DNA of 59,830 nucleotides, counting the filler, from Platydemus manokwari (lineage: Eukaryota): assembly GCA_037951405.1 (NCBI GenBank). It is 5 parts of 5 records of this genome, joined end to end, with 100 filler letters (N's around TTAATTAATTAA, not from the genome) between each part and the next. Parts side by side here need not be neighbours in the genome. Positions count along the whole stretch, not along the records: positions 1 to 10,426 come from JBBMOY011134661.1; positions 10,527 to 22,425 come from JBBMOY010405555.1; 3 more parts are not named here. One strand, written 5' to 3'. The notes under the pieces are model-generated. The model had not been told where the DNA came from. It saw only the letters and a list, made by a program, of their open reading frames with translations, and ran no database searches. How positions within the stretch are numbered: position 1 is the stretch's first letter; each line of letters starts with the position of its first letter. Of this stretch, positions 1 through 13,500 are shown one piece after another. The translations under genes and the position numbers were made by a program.

Positions 1-1203
1 TACAATAAATTTGGATGATTAATTAACATTTTGTGTTTTATTGGCCAATTCCCGGTACTTTTTTGACATAATGTACAATGGGTGAAATCATATATTTTGT
101 TGGGAATTCGCACGCGAATGGTTTTTAAATCATTTTATCTTTATAAATTTATGATATCTGATCGGGTAATACAATGGGTGCGGGTAAATATATTACTTAA
201 GGTCTGTATATAAACATATGAATGTCATTTCCTACAATACGAGTTATAGAGTCAATGGAGGTGTTATATGCTTGATAGGATGATGGAAGAAATCAATAAA
301 TAATTTGTTCACAGATAAATTAATAGATTTTTAATAAAATATAATTTTCGCAATGAAATCCATGATATCGTCTCTAAATTTACCGAAAGTATTTTGGGAG
401 TTGGGTTTTTTTTTATGGATAAACAATATTTAATCAAAAATGTTGATTTTTAAATCTTTAATTATTACTTGTTGCGCGATACAAGCATGAATGTTAGTCA
501 ATTTCTAATAAATTTTCATTTATTTATGTCGGTCTTGTCGGAAAATGATTGGCTTCAATGAACTGTCAAAATTAATTTTTGCTATTATCATTACAATTTA
601 TTCATTGTGATTTTTATGAAATGAAAATAATGATTTTTGATAATGAAAATCAATGATTGAATGAGTTTCAATATGACACAAATTATATTAATAATATTTA
701 TGATGATTACATCATTATTTATCGATTAATAATTGTGATCCGCTCGAAATAATGAAATCAAATTCCTTTATATTTGTTCAACTATTAGCATTTATTTTTA
801 AACTCGTTTATGGTTGGTTAAAAATAAATAAATATTGAATTCGAGAGATTTAGATCGATTAAAATGGAAAAATAAACCATGTTATCAATAATGTTTAATG
901 AAAATAATTTATAGATTTTCTGAAAAAAATAGAAATTATATTCATTAATATAATAGATTTATTGTAAATCATTTTTAATTAAACTTGGTCATTTTTTAAT
1001 GGTTTATTTAAGATGATAATTTCATTATGATATGAATAGTTTATTAGGATATTACTTTAATGGTTGCCTTAAAATATCCATCATGGGTTGGTTGGTTTGT
1101 TATTTATTTATTTATTTCTGTACTTTTAGTTTTGTTATGAATTACGTGATAAAATTATTATATAATCGAAATTATAATTTAATCGTTAACCAACCATCTC
1201 TAG

Positions 1204-4200
1204 ACCTCTAATGGTTCTCGTTCAAAGATTATCCATGTTAGCCTTCAACCTTTATGATGGTGATCAAATAAAAAAGAAACGGAAATTGGATTTCGATCAA
1301 GCTGTGAAACATGCTGTTTTGTAATAATATTTATTCAATGATTATAGATAAAAATGATATTATAATTGTTTACAGAGAACATCCAACTCCATTGCAATTT
1401 TTTAGCTATGTAATCAATTTTCAAACAATCATGATAGGACCATTTTTGTTTTATTCTGAATATCTTCGATTTATTGAGGGGAGGGAAATAGAGTTGGCTG
1501 AAACAGCCAAAGAAAAGGAGTATTTCGTTAGTTATTTTTCTGCCTTATTCATAATTCTATTATCTGGCTGTCTTAGCCAAAATGAATTTGATATTTTGTA
1601 TTAACAAATTGGAGTTTTTCATTTTGAAGTGTAGATATTATTCAAATATCATTGATCGATTATAAGGTTTTAATAAACATAATTATCAATTTTTACATAA
1701 TTCTTTTCACCACATATGACAATTTACTTGAAGTGCTTTGAAAAGAATGCCATACTAAAGGAACTTGTAGAGAGACTATGTTAGTGTTGGCATCACCGTT
1801 ATAATGAAGATAATGACTTGTACAAATTACTATTAATTCTAATAACTGCCTCGTGATCGAACATTTTAGTATAACACATGGTTATTGATTGCGTGTAAAG
1901 TAGTTTACTCTGAAATTTATATGGTATGATTCTTTGGACGATTTTCATTGGTTCACATTTTTCTAAGCAGATATCCACTTAGCAACGAGTACACAAAATG
2001 CTCCATTAACACACACGCATATCAATGATGTCGTGCGCTCGTGTGTCTGTTAATTATTCTTATCTATCGTTTCATTAGTATATCAATTCATAACATTTAC
2101 ATGATCTCGAGTCATTTAAAACAAAGATGGTAGGTATTGGCGAGATTAGATTTAATGAAATAGAAATACTTGAAAATTTTCTGTGTTACTTTGTCGAATT
2201 TCTTTGTTTCAATTAATTAATTTCATTTTTTTTAATTATTTCCGCTGCTATTTTAAAAATTACTATCGCTATGGGATTCTCTATCTATTTGTTTGTTTAT
2301 TCCTTTCTACCTATTCTACATATCGATTTGATGAATATATCATAGAAACCAAATTCATCACACCTTAGAAACGCACTTGATAACGATATATACAATATAA
2401 ATATAACAAGTTATTTAAATTATGTTTTGCACATTCAAACTTTGTTGTCGACATGATTTATTAAATTGTGGTAATTGGGGATCTTTTATTCAGATTAATT
2501 ATCAATAAATAGAAAGTAGTCACTGTACAAATCTGGTCTGTGTTATGGAATTGTATCTAAATAGATTTAGTTAATATCGTTTACATTTTTCTATTTCATA
2601 TAAACAGTCATTATAATAAATTTCGCAATTTTACACAACGCTCCAAATGACATAATAATTCGTGTTTAAGAATTTCTATATTTATATTGTTAATTTTCAT
2701 TGATTTATATTCGATTAATGGTGAATTTATCGATTAATCCAATTATCGATTAAAATTCTCAATCAAATAATCGTCAAATATATAATTTCTTATTACCAAA
2801 TATGCGAATTTTTTTATTGATTTTTAGAAGATTTTCTCTTTATTCTTAAACATGGTTTTAGTTGAAAATGATATAAAACATTGTTCGTATTATTGTATAC
2901 ATTGTTATTAATAAATTCTCCATATGGAAAATGAAGTACTTACTGAACATTAGCTTCATCAGAATTGTAATAATTTGGATTGTGTTTTAATTTCAAATCT
3001 TATTGAAATGAGTATTTTTTTTTCTCTATGATTGTCTTATTTTCTATTGGAATGCTAATAACAAGAATTTATTCCATTGAATCTTTTTGCTGAATTCTTT
3101 AACCAAAAAACAATCAGTATTCTCACAATTGTAACCAATATCAAATCTTTTAATGAATATTGGATGATAAAAATATATTCATACATTAATATGTCGTATT
3201 ATTTATACAACGTAATGTTATTCTAAACTTTTATATGCTTACAGTCATCTGTTTTATTTTACTATTATAAAATTCCATTGTAAATATCTGTAATCTTTAT
3301 GATTGTTGACAAAGATTATAGATTTTTTCAGAAATTTTATTCTAGAATAATAAATTATCGAAAAGTGTTGTGATGGAAGTGTTGAATTGAAAATTAAGTG
3401 GAATTTTAACAGTTGATCACGGCCAAATGGACAAGTGATAATGAATCTGAGCGAATTGTTGAATAATGAATTCGATGTGTGATGTATTAGATACTGATAA
3501 GTAGAACATCCTATTAGACCGATTTTTTTCTAATGACGAAATATTGATGCTAAATTCACGGATCGAATTCATTTTATCTATATTTTATGTTTATTTATAA
3601 TAATAATTATTGTTATTATATAAGTTGATTCATATTTTAATATTTGTGTAGGTTATTAACAGAACATCAATATTGTCACCTGAAGATGTGACGAGAAGAT
3701 ATTTCATTATAATGTTAATTTGTGGTTGTCTGCATTTATTTCTGTATCCACTGTTCCAACCATCATTCTATCTCAGTTTGTCAATTTCTTGTTATCAAAA
3801 GCCATCGAGTAAAATGATTTAATTTATTCAGCTGCCGAATTCGGCCAATACACTCTCATCAACAAAATTATCTACATCATCATCGTTTCTCCATTAGTAC
3901 GCCAGCAATACTATTTCGCATGGTCACTGAGTAATATTATTGATTTAATCATAGAGTTCAATATGGGACTGTTGTGCGAAAGAATTTTTGCACAATTATT
4001 TTTCCCCATGTGAGCATTTGCAGCTTTGCAAATTTGAATTCTGTTCTCAATTTGTCGTTTAATTTCTCGTTTGAATATATTTTTAAAATCATTTTAGCAT
4101 CGGCTTGCTGTCTATGTAGTGGTCTTGGTTTCTCTGGATTCAACAAAGCTACCGGGAAACCGGAATACAATCTTATTGATAGCTTTGATATGCGTAATAT

Positions 4201-4780
4201 TGAAGTGATGAAATTTCATTGGTAAATCTATTTATTTCTTGACTGATTATCATAGATGGCAACCAATATGAAATCCATTACTGATGCATGGAACAAACCC
4301 GCTAATTTGTGGCTAAGAGAATGCATCTATTATAGGACTCCTAAACGGTTTGCAACACCAGCAGTTTTTATTTGTAGTGCTATTTGGCACGGATTTTATC
4401 CAGGTTATTACATCTTTTTCACTACAGCTGGCATATTTCTCGAGGTAAACCATTCGAGTTAATCCGCATTACTCTTTTCAATTGATTTTTTAATTATTAG
4501 ATGAGTAGAATTTCTCGTCGTAAAATTCGACCATATTTTCTTGTTAACTTTGGTGATGGTCAATCTTCAAAAGTATACGATGTCATCACTACTCTGATGA
4601 CGATGTTCGTTCTCAATTACATGTCTGTGCCATTCATTCTTCTGGGATTCACTAAATCTATACAGTTTTATAAGTATATCGATTTATTTTTAATTGTTAT
4701 TAAATGATAATAATATTATTATAATAATATAAAGTAGATAATAACAATTATTTATGAATTTCAGTTCCCAGTGGCTGTGA
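1204..4780 (+). CDS. Membrane-bound O-acyltransferase, MBOAT1/2 (oysgedart-like lysophospholipid acyltransferase); multi-exon, 5' exons not identified
   Basis: Phase-compatible GT-AG exons: 1204-1320 (PLMVLVQRLSMLAFNLYDG), 1376-1526 (EHPTPLQFFSYVINFQTIMIGPFLFYSEYLRFIEG), 3652-3775, 3832-3930 (RQQYYFAWSL), 4098-4204 (SGLGFSG...NIE), 4256-4444 (AWNKPANLWLRECIYYR...SAIWHGFYPGYY, with the conserved Asn and catalytic His), 4501-4673. A tentative terminal exon at 4765-4780 is uncertain. Confidence 0.93.
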
Positions 4781-7700
4781 TGTCGCTGAAATATTTCCTC
4801 GAATAAAACAACTAAATAGATATAAAATGTATCATCAGCATAAATATTATTGATTCTCATTTGAAATTTAGGAATCATCGTGAAAATGTTACAATATGTT
4901 TTTATAATTCTTTTATTGGGATAATTTTGGAGAAGAAATGATGGTGCTTTTCTATTATTGAAATATCATTTAAACAGTAATGATTAATATATAAATATAA
5001 GAGAAAATTACATAATATATTATTAAAACGATATATATATGTGTGTGTGTAATATATATAATGTTCTGCTATCGATAGATAATATATTTATTTTAAATTT
5101 ATATTCTTATTAAACTGTCAGGTAGAACCCATAAAAAATCAATGTGAAATTAATTATTAAATATGATAAAGTTATATTTGTTACAAATTTTGGAAAAATT
5201 TAAGCTTAAATTTCCCACATTTCTGGGTATAATTATTCCGATAAAATTGTTATTTATTGGGCAAAATCATACTACCGGCTTATTTTTCAATGGGTCAACG
5301 TTATATCCAGTTTATCATTTGTGTTTGAAATAGTTTAGATGCTTACTTGTCACACATTTATTTCAATGTAATTAACGATTTGATGATAAAATAAATTAAA
5401 TATTTTGGACATGTCATAAATTTCTTGATGAAGGTTTTGACAAAATTTTAGCGTCGTGAGAACTTTGTTAATTTTTAATTAAATGTTTAATAGATATAAC
5501 AAATTTATCTAATTTTACTGTTTACCAATTAATTCTGGTGGAATTATCAAGTTTACAAAACATTCTGATATTTATTTTGGAATAAATCTCTTATTGCTTT
5601 TCTTTTCCTACAATTACTCAATCTGATTAAATCTTGTATCTGAATTCTTCATTCGTGAAATAACATTTAAAAAATATAACCATTTCTTTTCTCTAAATTT
5701 TTTTTGCTACTGTATTTTCAAAATGGGAATGATAAAATAAATTTGTCAAATGTGTAATAATATCTCTTAAATCGTACAACTTTATTGATCACTCGTTTGG
5801 AGATATTTAAATTATCTGTTAATTTAATAGAAACATTAATCAAACGAATATTTTTCAAAAAACCTGCTCGATGTAACCCATAATAAGAAATTAATTAAAT
5901 AACTGTTTGACGTGAAAGCTGCGATAGTGATAAAGTTTCAATGATACTTGACCATCAAAATCTATGTTGTATCAACTCTAATAGTAATAGTAAACTTTAA
6001 TAGTAGTAAATTTCCATCATTCACACTAACGGTTCTGCAGATGATAACCTTATCATTTTACTCAATACTTAGTTTTAAGCATAATTTCATTAATGTAATT
6101 TCTTATTGTGATTTTATGTTTAATGATACATTTTTAATTAGACTAAAACGAACTTATTTATATTAATAGCCATTCATACTGATTCTTTTATTATTTGCAT
6201 ATTTTTATAAGCTCAAAATCGGATCTAGAATCGGATTCATATGGAATATTACACAACATCATTTGAAAAAGCTCATAAAAATTCTAAAACAATAATTCCA
6301 AATTAAAAAATTAATTCGTTTTTGACAATTGTATCGTTATAATTTACAAATCACCGTGAAAGAATTTTCTGTGAAAGCTAAGAGTGTGAGTCACAACAAC
6401 AACGCGATAAACAAATTGTTCATCCAATGTTTGAAAATACTATTCTGATATTCAATCACACTGTGAATTCTGTCTACTTTAATTGGGTTTTCCAAATAAG
6501 TCTTATGAATATTTTCGGCTAGTGAATTATACTTTTAAATTATATTAAAAAATCTATTATATTTGTAGGTATTAACCGATTTTTAAAAAATACAGAACGT
6601 ATTATTTTTGATTTTTCTGTAAATTATTACAAATATAAGAAGCATTATATTATGCTCATTCGTTATACTTACAATAGACTAATGTATAAATAAATGACCA
6701 ATATCTTTTAAAATGTTTATTTATAATTGGTCATTAAATACATTAAATTTTTTTACTTAATATTTGAAAATATAAATATATAATTAATTTGAGCGGAAAA
6801 TATCATTTAAATTTATGAAATATTTAACAATCGTGTATGCGTTTAAAACCTGTAAAAGTTCTACTGAATACGAAGACTATTTATAATCTATTGGTGCTAT
6901 TTGTTTATATCGAAAGATCCCAAAATCGTATTTAATCCATATAAATATTTAGTTAATTATTTTAGATTATGACTTTTCATAGATTGCATTCCATGATTTT
7001 GTCTTTTAAAACAAATCCTGATTATATTAATGACGTTTCCTTCTATGTATATTTTCATAAAATATTCACAAAATAAACCCAATTTTGAGAAAGCCTGCAA
7101 ATTATAAGCGCGCAATATTGAACGAATGTGCTGATTCGATCTATAATTGGTGACGTTAATGGAATGACGTATATTGGAATGGCATGAAAATGTTATTTTT
7201 CTATCTTGATTGACTCATTGATTCAATAATAACAAAAATGTTTAGATTGGTTGATTAAAAAATGAAATTTATCTTAATAACCGTGATGCGTTAGTGATTT
7301 GATGAAATCAAGTGCGTTGTGCAAATGCAATAGGAAAGCTCAGATTTTTTAACAATTATTTTTGCCAGTTCCTGTAATTATATATTAACATAGATCTCAT
7401 ATAGGGAGAAAATAAATTGATAACTCATTTTTCGTAACTTGTAATGATTTTACAAATCATGTATTTGTAATTTGGAGATAATTAGAGGAGTAACTGTTTG
7501 GTTTATTGTATAATTATATTTAAAAATTAATTGAAGATTGTATAAAGAACATTGTATATTTATTAAAGCCTCTATTAAATATTGCACTGATGTTACGATC
7601 CCTCCAGAGCTATGGGTATAAATGATATTATTAGAAATCTCAATGTCATTCTATATGTGAAGGGTATAGTGCTAACGATCTCGAATACATTCATAAAACC

Positions 7701-10176
7701 AGCTTAGAGTATGAAATTAATTCATAACAAGGTTATGTAAAGCTGTTGTCAGTTTGATTTGTTAGCTTGACAATATATCGATTTGGAAGTAGAATTGGTA
7801 ATCTAGCTGGTCATATATCAATCATATCGGTAGATAGACAAAATGGCCACAATTATTATCATCAATCTAAAATGTTTTTATGTAATTGATCTAATATTGG
7901 AAATGATTTGTTTTTTGTATGTTCTCGGTTGAAATTTTGTTATTAAACTAATTATTTATAAAGGCAAATGTACTTCTGTGGACACCTAGCAGTGCCGGTA
8001 CTGCTATTAATCAGTTACTTGGTGCCTCGAGTACAAATTCCAGTCCATCAAAATGGGATCGACCAAAATTGTAAACAGAAATAGGATATTCTTAATCGAG
8101 CTATAATCTATTGACTGTACTAGCTCAATAATACTGTCCAACCAATAGTGTACAGAAAAATTAGTTGATATGGTCGTGATTATATGGTATTGGAATATTG
8201 GCATTTCTAACTGTGATTTTTCCTTATATGTTTAACCGAATTTCATAACCATATATATCTATTCATGATGGCAACCAATCATTAATTTGGTTTTCTAGTC
8301 TGATATATGCCTGATGGTTTTGTGAATGAATTGAAATTATTTTTGGTGATTATTGGTATTGATGTACTTGTTTTTAGTATTTAGTTTGCGTTTTACTCTG
8401 ACACAATAATATTCTCTGTTAATTTTCTGTAATAAATTGTCATAATCTTATATATATTTTTATTTGTCAAAACACATTGAAATTTTCAAAATTGATTATT
8501 CGATGATTCCATTTATTCGTGAATCGATAATTTTCTTTTCTTTTTGAATTACATATTATATAAAATAAACGAATAAAAATATTAAAATCGAAACCATTGG
8601 TTTTCTGTTTTGTAACATTTTCGAATGGGAAAACCATTTTTGATTTGGCACCATTAAGTAAATCAATTTTCGAAGAAAGAATCACAGATAGTTATGAAAA
8701 TTATTGATTTTAAAATTATATTGATTTACTTAAATATATTTATTCAGTTTCAATCAAATTGGTTGTTTTATTATCAAGCATTCTAACTGTTTCTGAGTTT
8801 AAGCTTGAGAAATCGTAACTGTGTTCAAATATTTTAATTAATTTATAGTTCAACAAATCAAATTGTAATAAAAACCAATTGATTAAATTTCAATGAAATA
8901 GTGCACCGCTTGATTATTTATGTTTTCAATAAATTTTTGTAATATTAATGATAATATGTATGGAGATTGACAGATTCATCAAAACGTAACTTAAAGTTGT
9001 TTAAAATCAAAACGTGTGAATCATTCCAAATACTGAATTATCAACGACAAATTTAAATGGAACATCAAGACATTTTATTTATTATTACACTTTATCTCTA
9101 ATTTCATTTGACATTGATTACAACCATAAAGCTAAATTCTGAATGTTTCCGTTTATTTGACCATAACATTTATACAATAATAGATGTATTAAGATAAAAT
9201 TCCTTACTTAGATATCGATTAATGCTATTATAAACCATTCGAGTTAAAATGTAAATTTTATTTGAACTCATTGTCGACAAGAGAATTCAATCAATGAAAT
9301 TTTTTTTAGCAGAACTCAACTACAAACATTATTTCTCAGTAAATTTGAATAAATTAGGTCAAGAAATCGAGATTTAAAGTTTGTAAAAATCTTACATTCG
9401 GGCCTTATTGATTTTATTGTTTTAGTAATTTCGTATCTATTTGATATCACTATCAGTTTAAATGAGTTCTTGATTAAGGACACAGGTGTAATCTACCTTA
9501 TTTTGTCTAATCTTTGCCACGCACAACCTTATTGTGTGAAGACAATAGATGTAGCAATAGTGATATATCTTAGCTATCAGTCACAATTTATGTACCTTAT
9601 CATATTTCCTAAAATTACTAACAGCAACAGTTACCAACTAAGACCTACTACTCCTATTAAATCAATAACTAAGGCTTGCTATTACAAATGTTTATTACTA
9701 AATAACAACGATGCAAACTGGCTAACAAGTGAAATCAAAATCAGAAATAGATTTTGATGGTACGCTATACATCAAACCTTATAACGGACCTTAACAATTC
9801 TTGAATTAAAAATGACTGTTTATAAACTCCACAGTGTGGCAGTTTATTTGTCAATGTTATTGCGCGATAATATATCAGGGATTTTATTTTATGAGTTTAG
9901 AGAATTTAATTGGTTTGACCTAAATGGAATTTAATGATATTATCATTCTAGATATTCATGGATGATAATAATCATAAATACTCAATGTATTATTTTATAA
10001 ATATCATTTCATATTTTTCGAAAAAGTTCCAAGAATTGTCAAATCATAAAAAATAAACACTGATTAAACAAAAATCAATACAGGTGTAATACGTATTGCC
10101 GTTCACGAAAATACAATTGTGATAAAAATTTGCACGCAAAGCTGTACAAAGCTTAGTCTGATTTAGTTGTTTAGTC

Positions 10177-10426
10177 CAGGGGTCTCCAAACTTTTTCAGC
10201 AAAGGGCCACATTGCTCATTTTTTAAAATTTGGAGGGCCAAAACTATGATAGGTTTACAAAAAACTCAAATTAGCCAAAATATTTTCCCTGGAACTGACA
10301 TCTTGCGGGCAAAATTATTTTTCAAATGTGAAGTGATTGAAAATATCTTTTTAAATAAACAAATTATTTATCAAGTAATTTCAGTTTACTCAGTTATGAA
10401 CTTTCAATACAAATCAAACAATTCTG
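10177..10426. mobile_element. One end of a hAT (Charlie/Buster-type) non-autonomous element, truncated by an assembly gap
   Basis: Starts CAGGGGTCTCCAAACTTTTT followed by GGGCCACAT and GGGCCAAAA subterminal motifs, typical of Charlie-like ends. The preceding 8-mer GTTTAGTC has a central TA as in Buster-type target sites. The other end is not visible. Confidence 0.6.
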
Positions 10427-10526
10427 NNNNNNNNNNNNNNNNNNNNNNNNNNNNNNNNNNNNNNNNNNNNTTAATTAATTAANNNNNNNNNNNNNNNNNN
10501 NNNNNNNNNNNNNNNNNNNNNNNNNN
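10427..10526. other. Artificial scaffold spacer
   Basis: 44 N + TTAATTAATTAA + 44 N, exactly 100 nt, identical at four places in the window. Confidence 0.97.
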
Positions 10527-13500
10527 ATCAATTTTTATGTAGACACAGTAACGCTGTTCATAATTTAATATAAATTCGTTTCAAATAACTAAAAGCCTTT
10601 TATATATAATTATATATTGTTGAATATTAAGCAAGAGTTTGATTACAGATATTTATTGATCAAACTACTTATTCAGTACCGTCAACAATTCACATAAATA
10701 CCAATTTCCCAATGCCTTTTAATGATTATAACCTGTGCTCGTTACGAGTTTCATATTCAAGAGTTTGCTTGCGTTGCATCTGATCAGGTTGCATTCGATG
10801 TTTTGATTTATACGGTTCTGATAGAAATTATCGATTTAAAACAACCGAAAATAGTCGATTTCTGCATTACTGTCTGTGAGCAGCCACGTATTTTGTCAAA
10901 TTGAAATCTCCACTCTATGATTATTCTGATAGGTCAGTGATCAAATTTGTATTGTGCGTTGAAAATGACTCGAAGTTTTGGACAAGATCCTGAAATTACA
11001 CCTAATTTGATATTCAAACCGACAGGCTATTACTCATCATCCAAGTAACAAATAAGACTTTCAAATCACACTCTGATCGAACTTAAGCTTTTAATCGAGA
11101 AATCACAACAGAAAGTCATGAATTATCAGGTGGGCCTATGCAATGAAGAGAGAATATAGGAATCTCAAACAAATAAAAATCAACGCATTAGACATTTACC
11201 CTTATACATTTATCCTATATAACATGTTATTTCTGAGCAGAAATTGTCCGTCCTTTTATGATCGGTAAATTTGTGTATTCTTTTATTTTATACTCGGCAA
11301 TAACACAGAGTTTATTGAGAACATCAAAATAAATTTTAGTGTTTTCAAAAGTTACAAATAAATTTTAAATTAGATTTTCAAATTGCATTTATTTGAGCGT
11401 GTATAACAACAACCAAATTACAGTTTAGAAATTTGAGATATATAGACGATTTATTGGGATATGTAAGTCATAATATCTTTATCTGAAAATCACTTTCATG
11501 TATAACTTATTAAATTACATATCAGGATTTACGTATTAGAATTTTAGTTGTTTGAGTGTTTACAGAATATTGTCGTATATTTAATCTCTTTCTTTAACAA
11601 AATTTCTGTCAATTTCATTATGCAAAATCTCTATGAAGTTGGAATAATTGCATTTCGTATTGAATTTAATCTGTCTGATGAATTGTTTAACAAAAGCAAT
11701 CGATTACGACTTTTCTTTGCTTCATTTTATTCAAGTTAAATTTCAGTTTATTTTATATAGTAAAAATATTTAATAGGTTTTTTAAGATCTTAAAAATTAT
11801 TTGAATTTTGTATGTAAAATAATGTTTTTATGAATTTTAAATATTGAAACTATTACAAAGTAATTAAATTGTTTTTTTGTGTTGTTTAAATGAATATTTG
11901 AAAACTTATAACTATCATATTACCATATTTTTAATTAACAAACAACCAATAGAAAGAAATCTTAACAGATGTAAAGTTATAATTTGATTAAAAATTACCA
12001 CAATGGTGTTAATTTTAAAATATTTGTTCAACAAAATTTAAAATTTAAATTTCAGTGGTCTTTGGATTTAAATGGTAATAAAACAAATATCGTCTGTTAT
12101 GTATATCTCTTCATTAAACAGAAAACTGTCGTTCACTTTAGTATACAGTCGTATAGTTAGTATAATTATATAATGGATTATTAGAGCTGGGATAGCAGAC
12201 TCAAATGAGTCAAAAACCCCTAAGTTCCCATTTACCCAGACAGCATTCTTTAGATATTTTTAAAAAATTATCTATGCTCTACGTAAACTAAGACTACTTC
12301 AGTAAATATATAATTTTTTGAATTTGATTTTAAAAGCTTAGATATTTTTTAATTTAGACGAATCCGTGTTAGATTTTTACACCGTTATCCAATTTTAAGT
12401 AATGTATTTGACATAGAATATTTCATCCAAATAATGCCCAACATATCTAGGTGATTCTAATTATTGATGTAGAAACAGTGTTTATATAATAAAAAAAAAA
12501 ACCCAATATATTATAAAGATATAATAGATGATAAATGGTGAGAAGAATTGAAGTAAATTGGGAAAAGAAAATTCGATGAAATAGAGGAACCTCTTCAAAA
12601 ACACTGACAAATTACATAAACAATGTACTCAAATATAAGAGAGCTTACAATACATGGATGTCATAGATAGAGCCATAGTTAATATGAGCTCCGATGAAAT
12701 GACGTATACAGCAAAATCATCATATCCTAAGGGAAGCACTCAAAGAGAAAATGAAAACGTTTAGATTAATCAATAATAAGTAAATTAACATAAACCAGAC
12801 ACTATTTTGTCAAAAACAAATGGTATAAATAACGACGATTGAACAGAGCATTTCACTCAACAAAAAACTACCAGTGAAGTTAAGAGATCACTAGACAATC
12901 GAATTAATTGTTGAAGTATGATTACCACTGGTATCATTGAATAAGGCTTGATTTTATTTAGAAATAACTTTCGGAGAAATATTTTCAATTGAGAATTATT
13001 TATAACTGTTTTAGATGTACCGACTGTCACGGTTAGTTATATATTATTACTATTATCGATAAGATAGCATCATTTACCGGACAAATGGTTGGTTACGTTT
13101 AATATCTTCCACTCAATAATTATTAAGAAGAATCTTTTACTCGACATTCACGTTATTCCATGATAAAATGAGTTCTGATTTCAAATATAAATTCAAATAT
13201 GCGTTCTAAGTCTATTAAAACTGCATTATTATTAAAAACCCTTTTCCAATAATCGTTTTACATCTAACTCAACTGTGATTGGTTGATTGCTATGTCTGTA
13301 TGTTTGTGTAGGCATGGAAAGTTTAAAGTGCTAAAACAATTGTTTCGAAGTTTAAATCCGTTTTTCTTTTACAAGATTTCGTCTCATTCACCACTATTTA
13401 ATTGCTATTCATTTGAACTGAAATGTTTCTTTATTTTATCTATCTCGTAGACACAGAAATGGACATGCAAAGAACTTAATTATATTGTGATCCAATCCAG

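Noticed and set aside
1048-1094. Candidate upstream MBOAT exon
   Set aside because: No donor gives a stop-free, phase-compatible join to the exon at 1204.
7590-7729. Possible solo LTR (TGTTACGATCC...CATAACA)
   Set aside because: No target-site duplication, PBS or second copy seen.
10471-10482. Recurrent TTAATTAATTAA palindrome as a biological motif or CRISPR-like repeat
   Set aside because: Always centred in exactly 88 N; it is an assembly linker.
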